Notes under the pieces: generated by a model | The model's database searches: none | What the model was told of the DNA's origin: nothing | Seen by the model: only the letters and a program-made list of their open reading frames with translations | IMG/VR virus record: IMGVR_UViG_3300020397_000843 | Location: 1 to 26,940 of that record | Reading direction: 5' to 3' (one strand) | DNA from: a virus | Taxonomy: Duplodnaviria > Caudoviricetes | DNA: 26,940 nt | Program-made: the position numbers and the translations under genes | Part shown: positions 20,001 to 26,812 of the stretch, piece by piece | Layout of the letters: every line of letters starts with the position of its first letter | How positions within the stretch are numbered: position 1 is the first letter of the stretch

Positions 20001-23000
20001 CCGGGTCCTGCAATGTCAATAGGTGCATCCAAGACTTGTTGCAGTTGCCAATTTAAACTTTCTGATGCTCTTGTATACACAAAAACTTTTCCGTCTTCAT
20101 TTTCAGGTGAACCAACTGCCATTATACCATTGCGTAGATCAACTGCTATTTCTGTTGCAAAAGCACCTCCACTTGTAGAATCTTCTATAGTTTGGGAGTT
20201 AGAAACTACTATTTGTTCTTCATACTTTCCTGTATTTTCTTGTACCGTCCATCTGCCCGTACCGTTGTCGTCTATCCAGATTTTAAAACCTCTATTAGCC
20301 GCCCTTTGAGCAATATCATTTGCTTCGTTAAGATCTTTAGCTCTAACAGATTTGAAGTACGTAAGTGTACCAGTAAGTCCTGTTAAATCTTCATCAACTT
20401 TTGTGTCTGTATCAAAAGTAATTTTATCTTGACTGACTTCTTTAACTTTGAAAAAGCCTTTTGTATTGATAGCTGTAAAAGTAGCTTCTTGGGTAGAATC
20501 TTCTGGATCAAAAGTAGTTTTTTTAATATCTATTAAACCTAATATATCACCTTTGTTGATATCACTAGGTGTTCCGTTTATTCTAATACTAAATCCCGTA
20601 TCTTCTTTTAAAAGTTCCTGAATATTGTAAGGCATCTGTGTATACTGATACACGCTCCAGTCAAAATTTACATTTCCTACCCATACATAATTATTTTTAT
20701 AAAGTTTATCTACATCAAGATCTATTAGTGATTCGTAAGAACCAATAATAAAATCTACGTCCTGCGGATTAACATATCCGCTATCTTTTGTGTATCCTTT
20801 AGTAATGTATTTTGTAGGAAATGGCCTATGATTATATCCTTGCGGTTTTAGATAAGTCTCGTATTCCGGTATTCTATAAATTAAATCTGTTTCTGTACCT
20901 GAAATTTGATTTGTTAATAAAATAGGCTGTGGAGTGAGATTAAATTGTTTTTCGTCTAATTTATATTCAACTTCGTCAAACCCTGTGCTGGCACCGTACT
21001 GTCCATCTTTAATTGCCCACTCTTCATAAAATTCTAAACTATCTTGATTTGCACTTGCTAATGCATCAAATAATTTTGTTAAAGCATTTTTTGAGCCTTT
21101 GTCCTGTATAAATCCTTGGTAAAATTTATATTGGCTTACATCATCATTAATAATATTTTCTAGATATTTTCTTTTTTGATAACCTATCAAATGTTGAGCT
21201 AGTTTTTGCTGTTCAGTATCAAAGTTATCACTATCTAAATCATAAAAATCTGCAAACTGGTTTATTTTATAATCAAAGTTTGCAAATAAACCTGCTTGAG
21301 GTTTATCTTGTAATCTTACCCATTGATCATCATTAAACGTTGCTGTGCCTGCAATTTTGTTTTTTGCTGAATAATAAAATTCTTTGTATTTTACGATACT
21401 TCCTATTGCATAGTCAGTCCAAGTTGTCCATTCTGTTACTTGTGCATCGTCATATATAAATCCAGGTATGTTTAAGCTACCATTCCATTCATCGGTTCTA
21501 TATCCTAACACTTTGATACGTTCTTGTCTGTATCCAGGAGCAATGTCATAAATTACGTCTCCAAATACTGTTACATTATCAATTAATACTACATGTTCTT
21601 TAGATACTAACGGTAATTTTATTGCATATATGCCATCAGCAGTATTAATTGTTCTACAACTAAAATTATTATCTGAATCTTTTGCAAATTTTAAGTTTTC
21701 TTTATCTAGTTTTTTTCCGTCTGCTTTTAAAATGCTGTAGCCATAAAAAGTATTGTAGACATTATCTACAGTAGAATAATTGCTTGTAAAATTAATTTTA
21801 TCTGCCGCTGGACTTAAAGTAATAATAGAACCAGACCCCCAATTTTGTGTGGTCCAGAACATGAACTCTTTTGCTGAAGTTAACCAGTTTGATACTTCAT
21901 AACTGTCTGTTCTAAATTCACTAAATGTAAAACCTACTTCATTAAGATATTTTTCATAACCTAGTAAAAAGTCAACAACATCTTGGATTGTAGGTAAAAG
22001 ACTTCCGTAGTTAAGCTGTGTTAATCTATTTTCAAAATTCTGTCTTACAAACGCATCTCTACCGCCTATTAACGGTAATGAAGGTAATTTTGAAAAGTTT
22101 TCTTCTTCGAAAGATGCTCCGCTAGTATGTGTTTTTGTAGCTCTATAAAAGCTATTACTATTTTTAACAATAGTGCCTACAACGTAAACTTTTCCGCTAC
22201 TCCAATCAACGTAAGCTTCACTTACTCCACCTACATTAATTAAAGGATCATTAGATCTTTCAGATGTAGGATAATAATTAAATTTAGGATTTTGGTTGTC
22301 ATATCCTTTTATATAATATCCTTCAGGTCTTTTTTCTACAATTACTCCGCTATAAGAAACTTCTTGTTGCGGGAAACTAGAATTTAAAAATATTTTATAA
22401 TTTTCTTCTGGAACAAATACATTACCTTCATTTAAAGGAGTTCTACTATCTAACAACAATTTAAATTTATTTTTATCTGTAAAACCACCAATTTTAAAAC
22501 CTATTTGATTTGTAATGTTTTTTACATGATCTTTATAAATTGCAATCTGTTCATTGTTAATTGACGTTTGGTAATCAAATATGTAATTTATAAGTCCACT
22601 TGTAAAAGTTTGAGCAGTGTCTGACAATACTGTAGGAAATACAAGTTGAGAAAGTTCTATCTGTTTTCCGGAAGTACTGTATATAATTTGGTTTGCACTA
22701 TTGCGTTTCTGCCTAATTCTATCAAATGCTGTTGCAAAAGTCTTACAAGGTTTATTAGCTGTTAAAGCTCTTAACAATGAAAACGGATATTCACTGCTTC
22801 TTCTCCAAGCTGTTTCTACTGGAGCACCGTCACCAAATTTAAAACTATTTCTAGTAGTGCCAATATTGAAATTTTGGGATAGGCCGCAATCGTTAGGACT
22901 TAATAGATTACCATTTTCGTCTACTGGTATTGTGTTAAGTAAATTAGGTCTAACATATTTTTTATCAACCTTAAAGTTTGGTTGTCTTACTATACCTGCT

Positions 23001-26000
23001 GATAAATCCTGCCACAATGGTAAGTTATTCCTAGTATAAGGACCTGGTCCATATTGTGTTTCCCACCAAGTAGGTTTAACACTTATTCCTAACATTTCCC
23101 AAGGATGAGTGTGAGGACGATCTGTATCATATGCATACATAAATGCTTGACGCCACCAACCCGGTAATAATTCAGTATTTAAATAGGTTGTTTGTCCGTA
23201 GTTAAAAGTAAAACTGTTTTCTCTATCATAGTATGCCTGTTTAGTATATTCTTCATTAACTAATCTAAGCCAAGCTAAAAAGTCAGCTATCATTGCATTA
23301 TCGATTTGTGTTTTTGATAATCCTGTCTTTCTATCTAAGCCAGGAGCAAAATCATTAATATCAAATAGACTCACATCATAACTTACTTTAAGATTATTGT
23401 ATATTCTTTTTTCTAATTCTAATATTAAATTATCTCTATAATCTTTGTACGCAGTAATTTTACTTCCGTCATGTCCTTGAATAACTGGCACACCTTCGGT
23501 CCATTCCTCTATTGTTTCATCATCTTGTACACCATGATTTGCAACGCTGTTGGGCATAAAGAATGTTCTATTCAATCCTTTAAACGTGTGTGCATGAGCT
23601 TGGCCGGATCCGCCCAATTCAGTATCTCTTGTTTGAGCTTCAGTAATTGTTGTATAAAGAGGATAGAACCAACCTAACTTTCCGCTACCCATTTGATCAG
23701 GTCCTGCTACGCCGTATACTTTATAAGGACCTGTAGGAATATCAGGCGCCTTTGCTGTTTTTACAGTATCATCAATATAAAAGTCAGGTTCAAACTTAGG
23801 ATATAAACCCAACTTAGTAGGTGTTGGAGGTACGTAACTACCATTTGTATTATCATATTCGTAAATTAATATTTTGTCGCCTATTTGTTTTGTAGCTGTT
23901 ATAACAGCAAATCCTTCAGTATTAAATGTATAATCTTTTCCGTAAATTAATTGTAATCCGTTAAGATAAATTTGTACTGACTTATTGCTAGGCGTATTAA
24001 TATCATATATTGCAGATAAAGGAAAAAACTTTTCATCAGTATCTTCAATTTCAAAGGTGTTTACAACATTTCCACCTGTAGCAACCATATCACTAAAATA
24101 AAATGGCATGTGACTAATTTTATCTTTATTAATCTCCTGCATAATTTTATCAAAATGTATTTTTACATCACCTTCGTATCCTAAATTTGTTGCTACTTCT
24201 ACAAACAACCTTTTAAATTTACCGTATTCTTTCCTTGCAAATTCTAATGCTTTAATAACATTTGAAGATTCATCTAAAAAATGGAATAAAGGAAAATTAA
24301 GTGGTGCTGAATGTTTTAAATATTTCTTTCCTAATCTTGTTAAGTTTCCAATGTCACGCATATTACTTGTGCCAGGAAATTGTCCAACAAATTCATTTGC
24401 TTCTTCTACGATTGACGCAACATGATCGTTTACTTCCCCTAAAGTAAATTGATTAACATTTGAATTAATTGGATTTCTTTCTAAATTACTTGCAATCTCA
24501 TAATATCCGTTTTTATTTTTTGGAAATGTTGATCTACATTTAATAACAATTATATCTCCATCTGTTAGATCATTGTTAAATTTTATGTAACTGTGATTAT
24601 TAACATCTTTTTCAATAACAAAATCAGTTGTAATTTTTTTAATTTTATTGTTAACATACACACGAAGCCATGCTGTATCTATAAATGATTTGTCATCATA
24701 CATGTCTATCTCATACCGTGCTGACCCGTCATGTACATATTGACGTATTACATTTTGTGTACTGTCTTTGTCTGCTTTTTGCCAACCATTAGTTAGTGTA
24801 TAATTAGTTCTATCTTTGTATTTTCTTAAAAAACCTTTATCAGTTCCTTCAGATACTAATGTATTGTCTTTTGTATAAACAAAAGATCCTTGTAGCAGGT
24901 CAAAAGTAAATAATATGTCTCCGCTGTTTTCTATACTTCTGTACTCTAGCGGAAATCCTAATTCAGTATCATTGACTCCATTGCTTCTATTATATGAAAA
25001 AACTTTGTTTCCTATAAACTGCGAAGATTCATAAGTGGTTGAATCCAAATAGTTTACATCATTGTCATCATACATGTCAAATAACGGCTGTTGATTGACA
25101 CTATTTTTATTTTGTGCTTGTTTCCAAGTTGTACCATCATAGTAGAAATATTTTCCTCTATTGACATTACCTGCTGTAACTAAAACTGTTTCATTTAATT
25201 GAGGTGTTGAATCAGTAGTTTCTACAAGTGAAATTTGAGTTCTGTTATTAACTGTTATAAATTTAACTGTATAAATTTTTCCTTTGACTAACAAGTCTGT
25301 ATCAGCAGTAAATAAAACTCTCATACCGTTGGTTAAATTTACACCATCAATATTATAACCTAAAGATCCTTCAATAGTAGAAAATGCATCTATTGTAAAA
25401 GTATCAATTAAATCAATATTTGTTTTTGTCTTTGTTCCAAATTGAAATAATTTTAATCCTTTTTCAAATTCAATAATAGGCCTACTAGCTCTAGAATTTT
25501 GATCTATTGCAATACTTTGACCGTTTAATTCAGCTGATTTTTCTATTACGCTTTTATGAAACCACCTATTGTATCTACTCCAGAGATTTCCGTCTTGGCT
25601 ACCTCTGTTAATAACAATATAATCTTTATTTTGGGGAAATCCTAGTGCTTCACTAAAAGGATAATAATCAAACTCTTGCTTATCAAATTCTACTTCTATA
25701 TCTTCTGTAAACAATCCACTAACATTCAAATCTTCTTGACTGACAAGCTGTATTTCTTCTCCTACACCTTCTACGTACCATTCTCCAGTTGCATATTTTG
25801 TAGGAGTAACTTGTCCAGCAAAATTTAATTTCATACCATTGCTTAAAGCCCAGCCTGCACTTGTGGTATAATTTTTCTTACCTAATATTTCTGCTTCTAC
25901 ATTTATTTCAGTATTTTCTTCTATATCAAAAACTTTGATAAAACCAGATACATTAGGATCTGTTTTAGAAATATAATAAAGTTGATCCGGAGCAGTATCC

Positions 26001-26812
26001 GGCACAGTAAATTCAATTGTGCCTTTGTCAAGATATACATCATCTGTTTCGGCACCATCTTCATCATATTTTTTTACACCAGTATCGTAAATTAAACTTA
26101 CATTTGATAATGAGTCTCCTACTTCTTGTCCAGGAGTAAAACTTCTTTGTGTTGCAAAAGCAAATGCATAACTAGGTGTATCAATGTCAAATCTATAAGT
26201 TTGCCCTCTATACAAAGTTATTGTAGGATTATTTGTTAATCCATCAGGCGTAAACAAATATGTTACATTATCAACATTATCAGAAAGTCTTACTGTATAT
26301 TCACTTTGTACTTCTTTAGTTTGTCCTATGACTGTTGTTGTAGTAGGTCCGGTTGGTAGCCAATAATATTCTCTAAAGTTTACAAATTTATCCCAATCAA
26401 TATGTGGGTTCCATGCGTATGTTTCTTGTGAATTTAATACACTATGGTCTTCAGTAGAACCACCAACTATTTTAGTTTTGTTTATAAAATCATTGTAATC
26501 AGCATAAAAATTTACGTTGCCTAAATTATCTTTGATTACACTGACAGGCTCTAATTGATAGTTTTCTCGCTCTGTTGTAAAATCGCCTACATAATTATCA
26601 CTCTGATTAAATGCTTTGCTGACTTTTCTTCCGTAATAGGCGTTAATTTTTTCAGCAACGCCCGGCTGAAGCATTTGGTCAAGAGTTGCATTTAAGAATT
26701 TATTGTTAAATTCTGTTCTAAAATATTTAGGTAAGTGATTTGCTGAACGTCTTTTATAGTTCTTATCACCGCCTGGTAAAGCTGGTTCTTTTTGATTATT
26801 TTCAAAAGCCAT
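11069..26812 (-). CDS. Giant modular virion protein, putative baseplate wedge (gp7-like) with FG-GAP beta-propeller, carbohydrate-binding-like and beta-sandwich repeat modules (5247 aa)
   Basis: Single 15.7-kb open frame; GGAGG SD at 26825-26829 and TAATG coupling to the upstream gene. Wedge-like motifs LPKYF..FL, FYQGFIQDKGSKNALTKLF and EVKP; FG-GAP repeats; W/YxxxxxYxxGxxV modules; GSGY repeats typical of T4-like cyanophage structural proteins; DGST/DGTT repeats near the C-terminus. Confidence 0.75.
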   Translation of the reverse strand: MAFENNQKEPALPGGDKNYKRRSANHLPKYFRTEFNNKFLNATLDQMLQPGVAEKINAYYGRKVSKAFNQSDNYVGDFTTERENYQLEPVSVIKDNLGNVNFYADYNDFINKTKIVGGSTEDHSVLNSQETYAWNPHIDWDKFVNFREYYWLPTGPTTTTVIGQTKEVQSEYTVRLSDNVDNVTYLFTPDGLTNNPTITLYRGQTYRFDIDTPSYAFAFATQRSFTPGQEVGDSLSNVSLIYDTGVKKYDEDGAETDDVYLDKGTIEFTVPDTAPDQLYYISKTDPNVSGFIKVFDIEENTEINVEAEILGKKNYTTSAGWALSNGMKLNFAGQVTPTKYATGEWYVEGVGEEIQLVSQEDLNVSGLFTEDIEVEFDKQEFDYYPFSEALGFPQNKDYIVINRGSQDGNLWSRYNRWFHKSVIEKSAELNGQSIAIDQNSRASRPIIEFEKGLKLFQFGTKTKTNIDLIDTFTIDAFSTIEGSLGYNIDGVNLTNGMRVLFTADTDLLVKGKIYTVKFITVNNRTQISLVETTDSTPQLNETVLVTAGNVNRGKYFYYDGTTWKQAQNKNSVNQQPLFDMYDDNDVNYLDSTTYESSQFIGNKVFSYNRSNGVNDTELGFPLEYRSIENSGDILFTFDLLQGSFVYTKDNTLVSEGTDKGFLRKYKDRTNYTLTNGWQKADKDSTQNVIRQYVHDGSARYEIDMYDDKSFIDTAWLRVYVNNKIKKITTDFVIEKDVNNHSYIKFNNDLTDGDIIVIKCRSTFPKNKNGYYEIASNLERNPINSNVNQFTLGEVNDHVASIVEEANEFVGQFPGTSNMRDIGNLTRLGKKYLKHSAPLNFPLFHFLDESSNVIKALEFARKEYGKFKRLFVEVATNLGYEGDVKIHFDKIMQEINKDKISHMPFYFSDMVATGGNVVNTFEIEDTDEKFFPLSAIYDINTPSNKSVQIYLNGLQLIYGKDYTFNTEGFAVITATKQIGDKILIYEYDNTNGSYVPPTPTKLGLYPKFEPDFYIDDTVKTAKAPDIPTGPYKVYGVAGPDQMGSGKLGWFYPLYTTITEAQTRDTELGGSGQAHAHTFKGLNRTFFMPNSVANHGVQDDETIEEWTEGVPVIQGHDGSKITAYKDYRDNLILELEKRIYNNLKVSYDVSLFDINDFAPGLDRKTGLSKTQIDNAMIADFLAWLRLVNEEYTKQAYYDRENSFTFNYGQTTYLNTELLPGWWRQAFMYAYDTDRPHTHPWEMLGISVKPTWWETQYGPGPYTRNNLPLWQDLSAGIVRQPNFKVDKKYVRPNLLNTIPVDENGNLLSPNDCGLSQNFNIGTTRNSFKFGDGAPVETAWRRSSEYPFSLLRALTANKPCKTFATAFDRIRQKRNSANQIIYSTSGKQIELSQLVFPTVLSDTAQTFTSGLINYIFDYQTSINNEQIAIYKDHVKNITNQIGFKIGGFTDKNKFKLLLDSRTPLNEGNVFVPEENYKIFLNSSFPQQEVSYSGVIVEKRPEGYYIKGYDNQNPKFNYYPTSERSNDPLINVGGVSEAYVDWSSGKVYVVGTIVKNSNSFYRATKTHTSGASFEEENFSKLPSLPLIGGRDAFVRQNFENRLTQLNYGSLLPTIQDVVDFLLGYEKYLNEVGFTFSEFRTDSYEVSNWLTSAKEFMFWTTQNWGSGSIITLSPAADKINFTSNYSTVDNVYNTFYGYSILKADGKKLDKENLKFAKDSDNNFSCRTINTADGIYAIKLPLVSKEHVVLIDNVTVFGDVIYDIAPGYRQERIKVLGYRTDEWNGSLNIPGFIYDDAQVTEWTTWTDYAIGSIVKYKEFYYSAKNKIAGTATFNDDQWVRLQDKPQAGLFANFDYKINQFADFYDLDSDNFDTEQQKLAQHLIGYQKRKYLENIINDDVSQYKFYQGFIQDKGSKNALTKLFDALASANQDSLEFYEEWAIKDGQYGASTGFDEVEYKLDEKQFNLTPQPILLTNQISGTETDLIYRIPEYETYLKPQGYNHRPFPTKYITKGYTKDSGYVNPQDVDFIIGSYESLIDLDVDKLYKNNYVWVGNVNFDWSVYQYTQMPYNIQELLKEDTGFSIRINGTPSDINKGDILGLIDIKKTTFDPEDSTQEATFTAINTKGFFKVKEVSQDKITFDTDTKVDEDLTGLTGTLTYFKSVRAKDLNEANDIAQRAANRGFKIWIDDNGTGRWTVQENTGKYEEQIVVSNSQTIEDSTSGGAFATEIAVDLRNGIMAVGSPENEDGKVFVYTRASESLNWQLQQVLDAPIDIAGPGQGFGSSIDISSDNKWLMVGAPNASFAKTNFQGNYDATQNYITGNIVEYQNSNWQAVKDIEGSQPNILFNSFGNYNQILYNLNLDEENSEQVPLLLAGNYPFTNTTADHFLVRAPRATYLGIDLEDEVKLQWNKRTNANQQQVTLSDRDPFDGTIPYITKEFLETDHTVSKKVDLIFYIDQTTNIPNIGETVTTLGATAKVIYTFAVGGSTTIYCNEQNGVFPASNSLFIAGNDFVGEYTIAGPNDTTNTASELGGYLFIQTSPYSVGTTNSDSGRGLVIKDVVTDSTNTGRYYYNILDIETATIDSLNTQHSLVRTLTHRGAPGPGGTDQPTLDPRFVMRAPKALTDTIQIGDSVDVYFNNLKKTVYTLVVDSTTSVVQGEILTQNNSNATATVFANATNTTTIQVTNITGTWDTVELIVGSQSGPLVRRPTVIPNTNVLVQPSDIGLTYENVNKTQTLVDKWDGYIEYVNLFFLNGELFEPVVGQTVRDVTTGATAEVAYYQRNLNRIVIFVKNVSGSWSRGDLFGDNAEIEMLAYGSGPDPDAFGRTGIYNVDRKLGQIQQVSLGYSPADIGKLLVFDTGSNIPTLVPSNITDLPPGNQYDQIIGGEYWLYVQGQVAGIPRLANIPGSSNADWSEVFVINTTPNGTASSFANEGIVYTYQRFGGNYQFDSGIVSSDRRDNHRFGSKVRIGLQNNLYRGFISALDDETTSNPGRIYFIKNGTENNNIYAWEYAKNKKFKGAYDESLSYVENDIVYLGGKLFTATTNLLPGAFNPEFWTSTDDLIDYVGYIPNDTGLKVVNDSSLDSVIDQNGLYDFGTDYDVSADGQVLITSVKYETKPNVVAIYRNNRGYFGWSQDIEAPTVGSDFGKSVRISKDGTLVVISAPTDDTVKNDQGRVFVYKQINGRFEQIQILQSPQNESAEMFGFRIEFDGETLAVNSKNADNFNQTTFDKSVTTFDNKFTNFRYETEEGGTVYVYQNVNDRLLYGDSLRYETPFSNVNYFGRNLALSGNHIYVGLPTVKSQQNYTGTLVDFRLPGKLFTDLRLAKPVVDINKIKRIILYNTKTNKLVKYLDYIDPIQGKIFGVAEENLSYKLYYDPATYTTSTVTGLNVNQTNSWDKNQVGELWWDLTNAKFYYPYLDDVTFSTNNWNKVFDTNSIDIYEWVESEYTPSQWDSLTDTDEGIAEGISGTSKHGDNAYVQKKDFDEISQRFTNKYYFWVKNKKIIPNVEGRSLKASDVADAISDPAGKGYQFVGLFSDNSFAIYNCRSLLENKDIAISIQYWTIDNQNQNIHNQYQIITDGLATSKPNRDIENKWIDSLVGYDAYGKLVPDPTLGEKEKYGIQNKPRQSWFKNRAEALKQYIERVNNVLKQQLIVDSKNLTNITQQEPAPSSVTRVYDTTVDTKAELDLLGIANFRQAKIQLSIVDGVVVDAILLDPGRGYLVAPTYTVSGTGTGLELEFAINNLGVITNVNIVNGGQNYKDNTTIEIRKFSVLVNNDETIQGKWSIYERLTGTNSWSRIRSQAYNTNLYWEYIDWYDTGYSSFTEINHLIDFSYQLDGLDDGIGEVVKISNVGTGGWLLLEKIDDQTGVDYTVNYKTIGRQNGTIKFKSTLYDTDGSADGFDIISFDTKFFDSLPTSETRIVLNAIKNDIFVNDLAIEYNKLFFASIRYVLSEQSYVDWVFKTSFIKAKHNVGELREDITFNNDNLPSYQSYIDEVKPFKTKLREYVSSYEKVDNSQSRISDFDLPPSYNEDTQNIEPLPVKIQNAKLTGTGSIIAYPEKSWLDNVGFIVKEIQIADSGSGYQGPPKITLSGGGGSGATAITKVGTGGKITAVEVTNSGSGYLEAPTITIDGSVAQGGTPAKLSVIIGQSLPRNIYTKVKFDRTTGLYLITNLSDSKNFVGTGSKYNFDLDWPMDMKTTNVSVTVSGQELLRSQFSYSNFKDNTKGYDRYFGRITLTEPPAVSTAVVVTYLKDIDLLQAQDRINLAYNPVTGQYSKDLGQLMDGIDYGGVEVKSFDFGGPSGWDTAPYYTGAYDTYDTSFEDEVIKLDGSTITLQLSKALENGAVYNVYKNGVRLDDPDWTDDSTQFTNPNAIMRSIIGDGTTTTVELQELGIITQADDIIIVRKTTSDGSFLPTDINYDTLLTGGDLAYTSAQGLNSEEINVDGDGFVTPTTSKGPEELIPGQVQDSVDITVYERPTTGASNIVSRNYIGNGSTTIYDIGTQPISDKSLFVKVDGQIKTLTTDYTIDYATSTLTFVSAPGIGAKINLSTLEYSGANILDIDEFTADGSTVNYLTNIRWNENVSTIISVDGKLVPNDIVESTKADVAPNNIMIKFATPPKQDSIIRYAVFQGEVQNYSAVTIDEFEADGSTSYYTLTQTPFTQTPAEWYTIVRLNDKILNAGYNEVFDVTATREYRLKLYQVPLASLNNEQIRVYLNNQELDFITQWTFSSAEAFDPSIPLSQQSGSAILLADDVGVAGDKLRVFVNGWDDSTLSGGDYRYGYFDVNGNFVKRPGELYINTNYQIGDKITVWQFSNHDSQGLDRQSYDIVERTELLPGFKEGTQTFQLDGSTDQIDLPEPLLAGERYAIFLNNVRIDDPNFGTGLPVSNTDAYVQTIVGTGQTSLGLDDLGIVTFPEDILRIEQLNAEIIPDASTPAWYELRQLRAGIVPLRYPAVDDQYVWVIVNGKILNPSVDYVVTSDKMNVKLLQGLNENDNVETIHYANNLLRNKFGWRQFKDILNRNHYKVLDGTKNIRLLQNLNWYDREIYVENGETLPAPLPDSKNPGVIFIEGERIEYLKKDGQYLKNLRRGTLGTGVKNVYSEGTEVYDQNAAKSLPYKDETLTTLFTADGTTKTYELDFTPTSVNEFEVFVAGRRLRKNTLQSYQLDTNLRTTYGTNTDLIAQDSPEGDITLPAEFSLQNGNELVLLDLPLENQKIIVIRRQGKIWNDTGKTLSNSDTDIARFLRSTKVDLPR
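12062..13864 (-). repeat. Dispersed ~80-aa internal duplication in the giant protein (copies at about 13619-13864 and 12062-12301)
   Basis: VIKLDGSTITLQLSKALENGAVYNVYKNGVRLDDPDW...NPNAIMRSIIGDG...LQELGIITQADDIIIVRK versus TFQLDGSTDQIDLPEPLLAGERYAIFLNNVRIDDPNF...NTDAYVQTIVGTG...LDDLGIVTFPEDILRIEQ. Confidence 0.75.

Noticed and set aside
12929-23677. Short plus-strand ORFs opposite the giant gene
   Set aside because: Antisense shadows without ribosome sites or recognisable domains.
11069-26812. Intein, intron, frameshift or stop-codon recoding as the cause of the giant ORF
   Set aside because: No Hint-type or homing-endonuclease motifs were recognised; the standard code gives near-complete coding density, with TAA and TGA as stops in tight stop/start overlaps.
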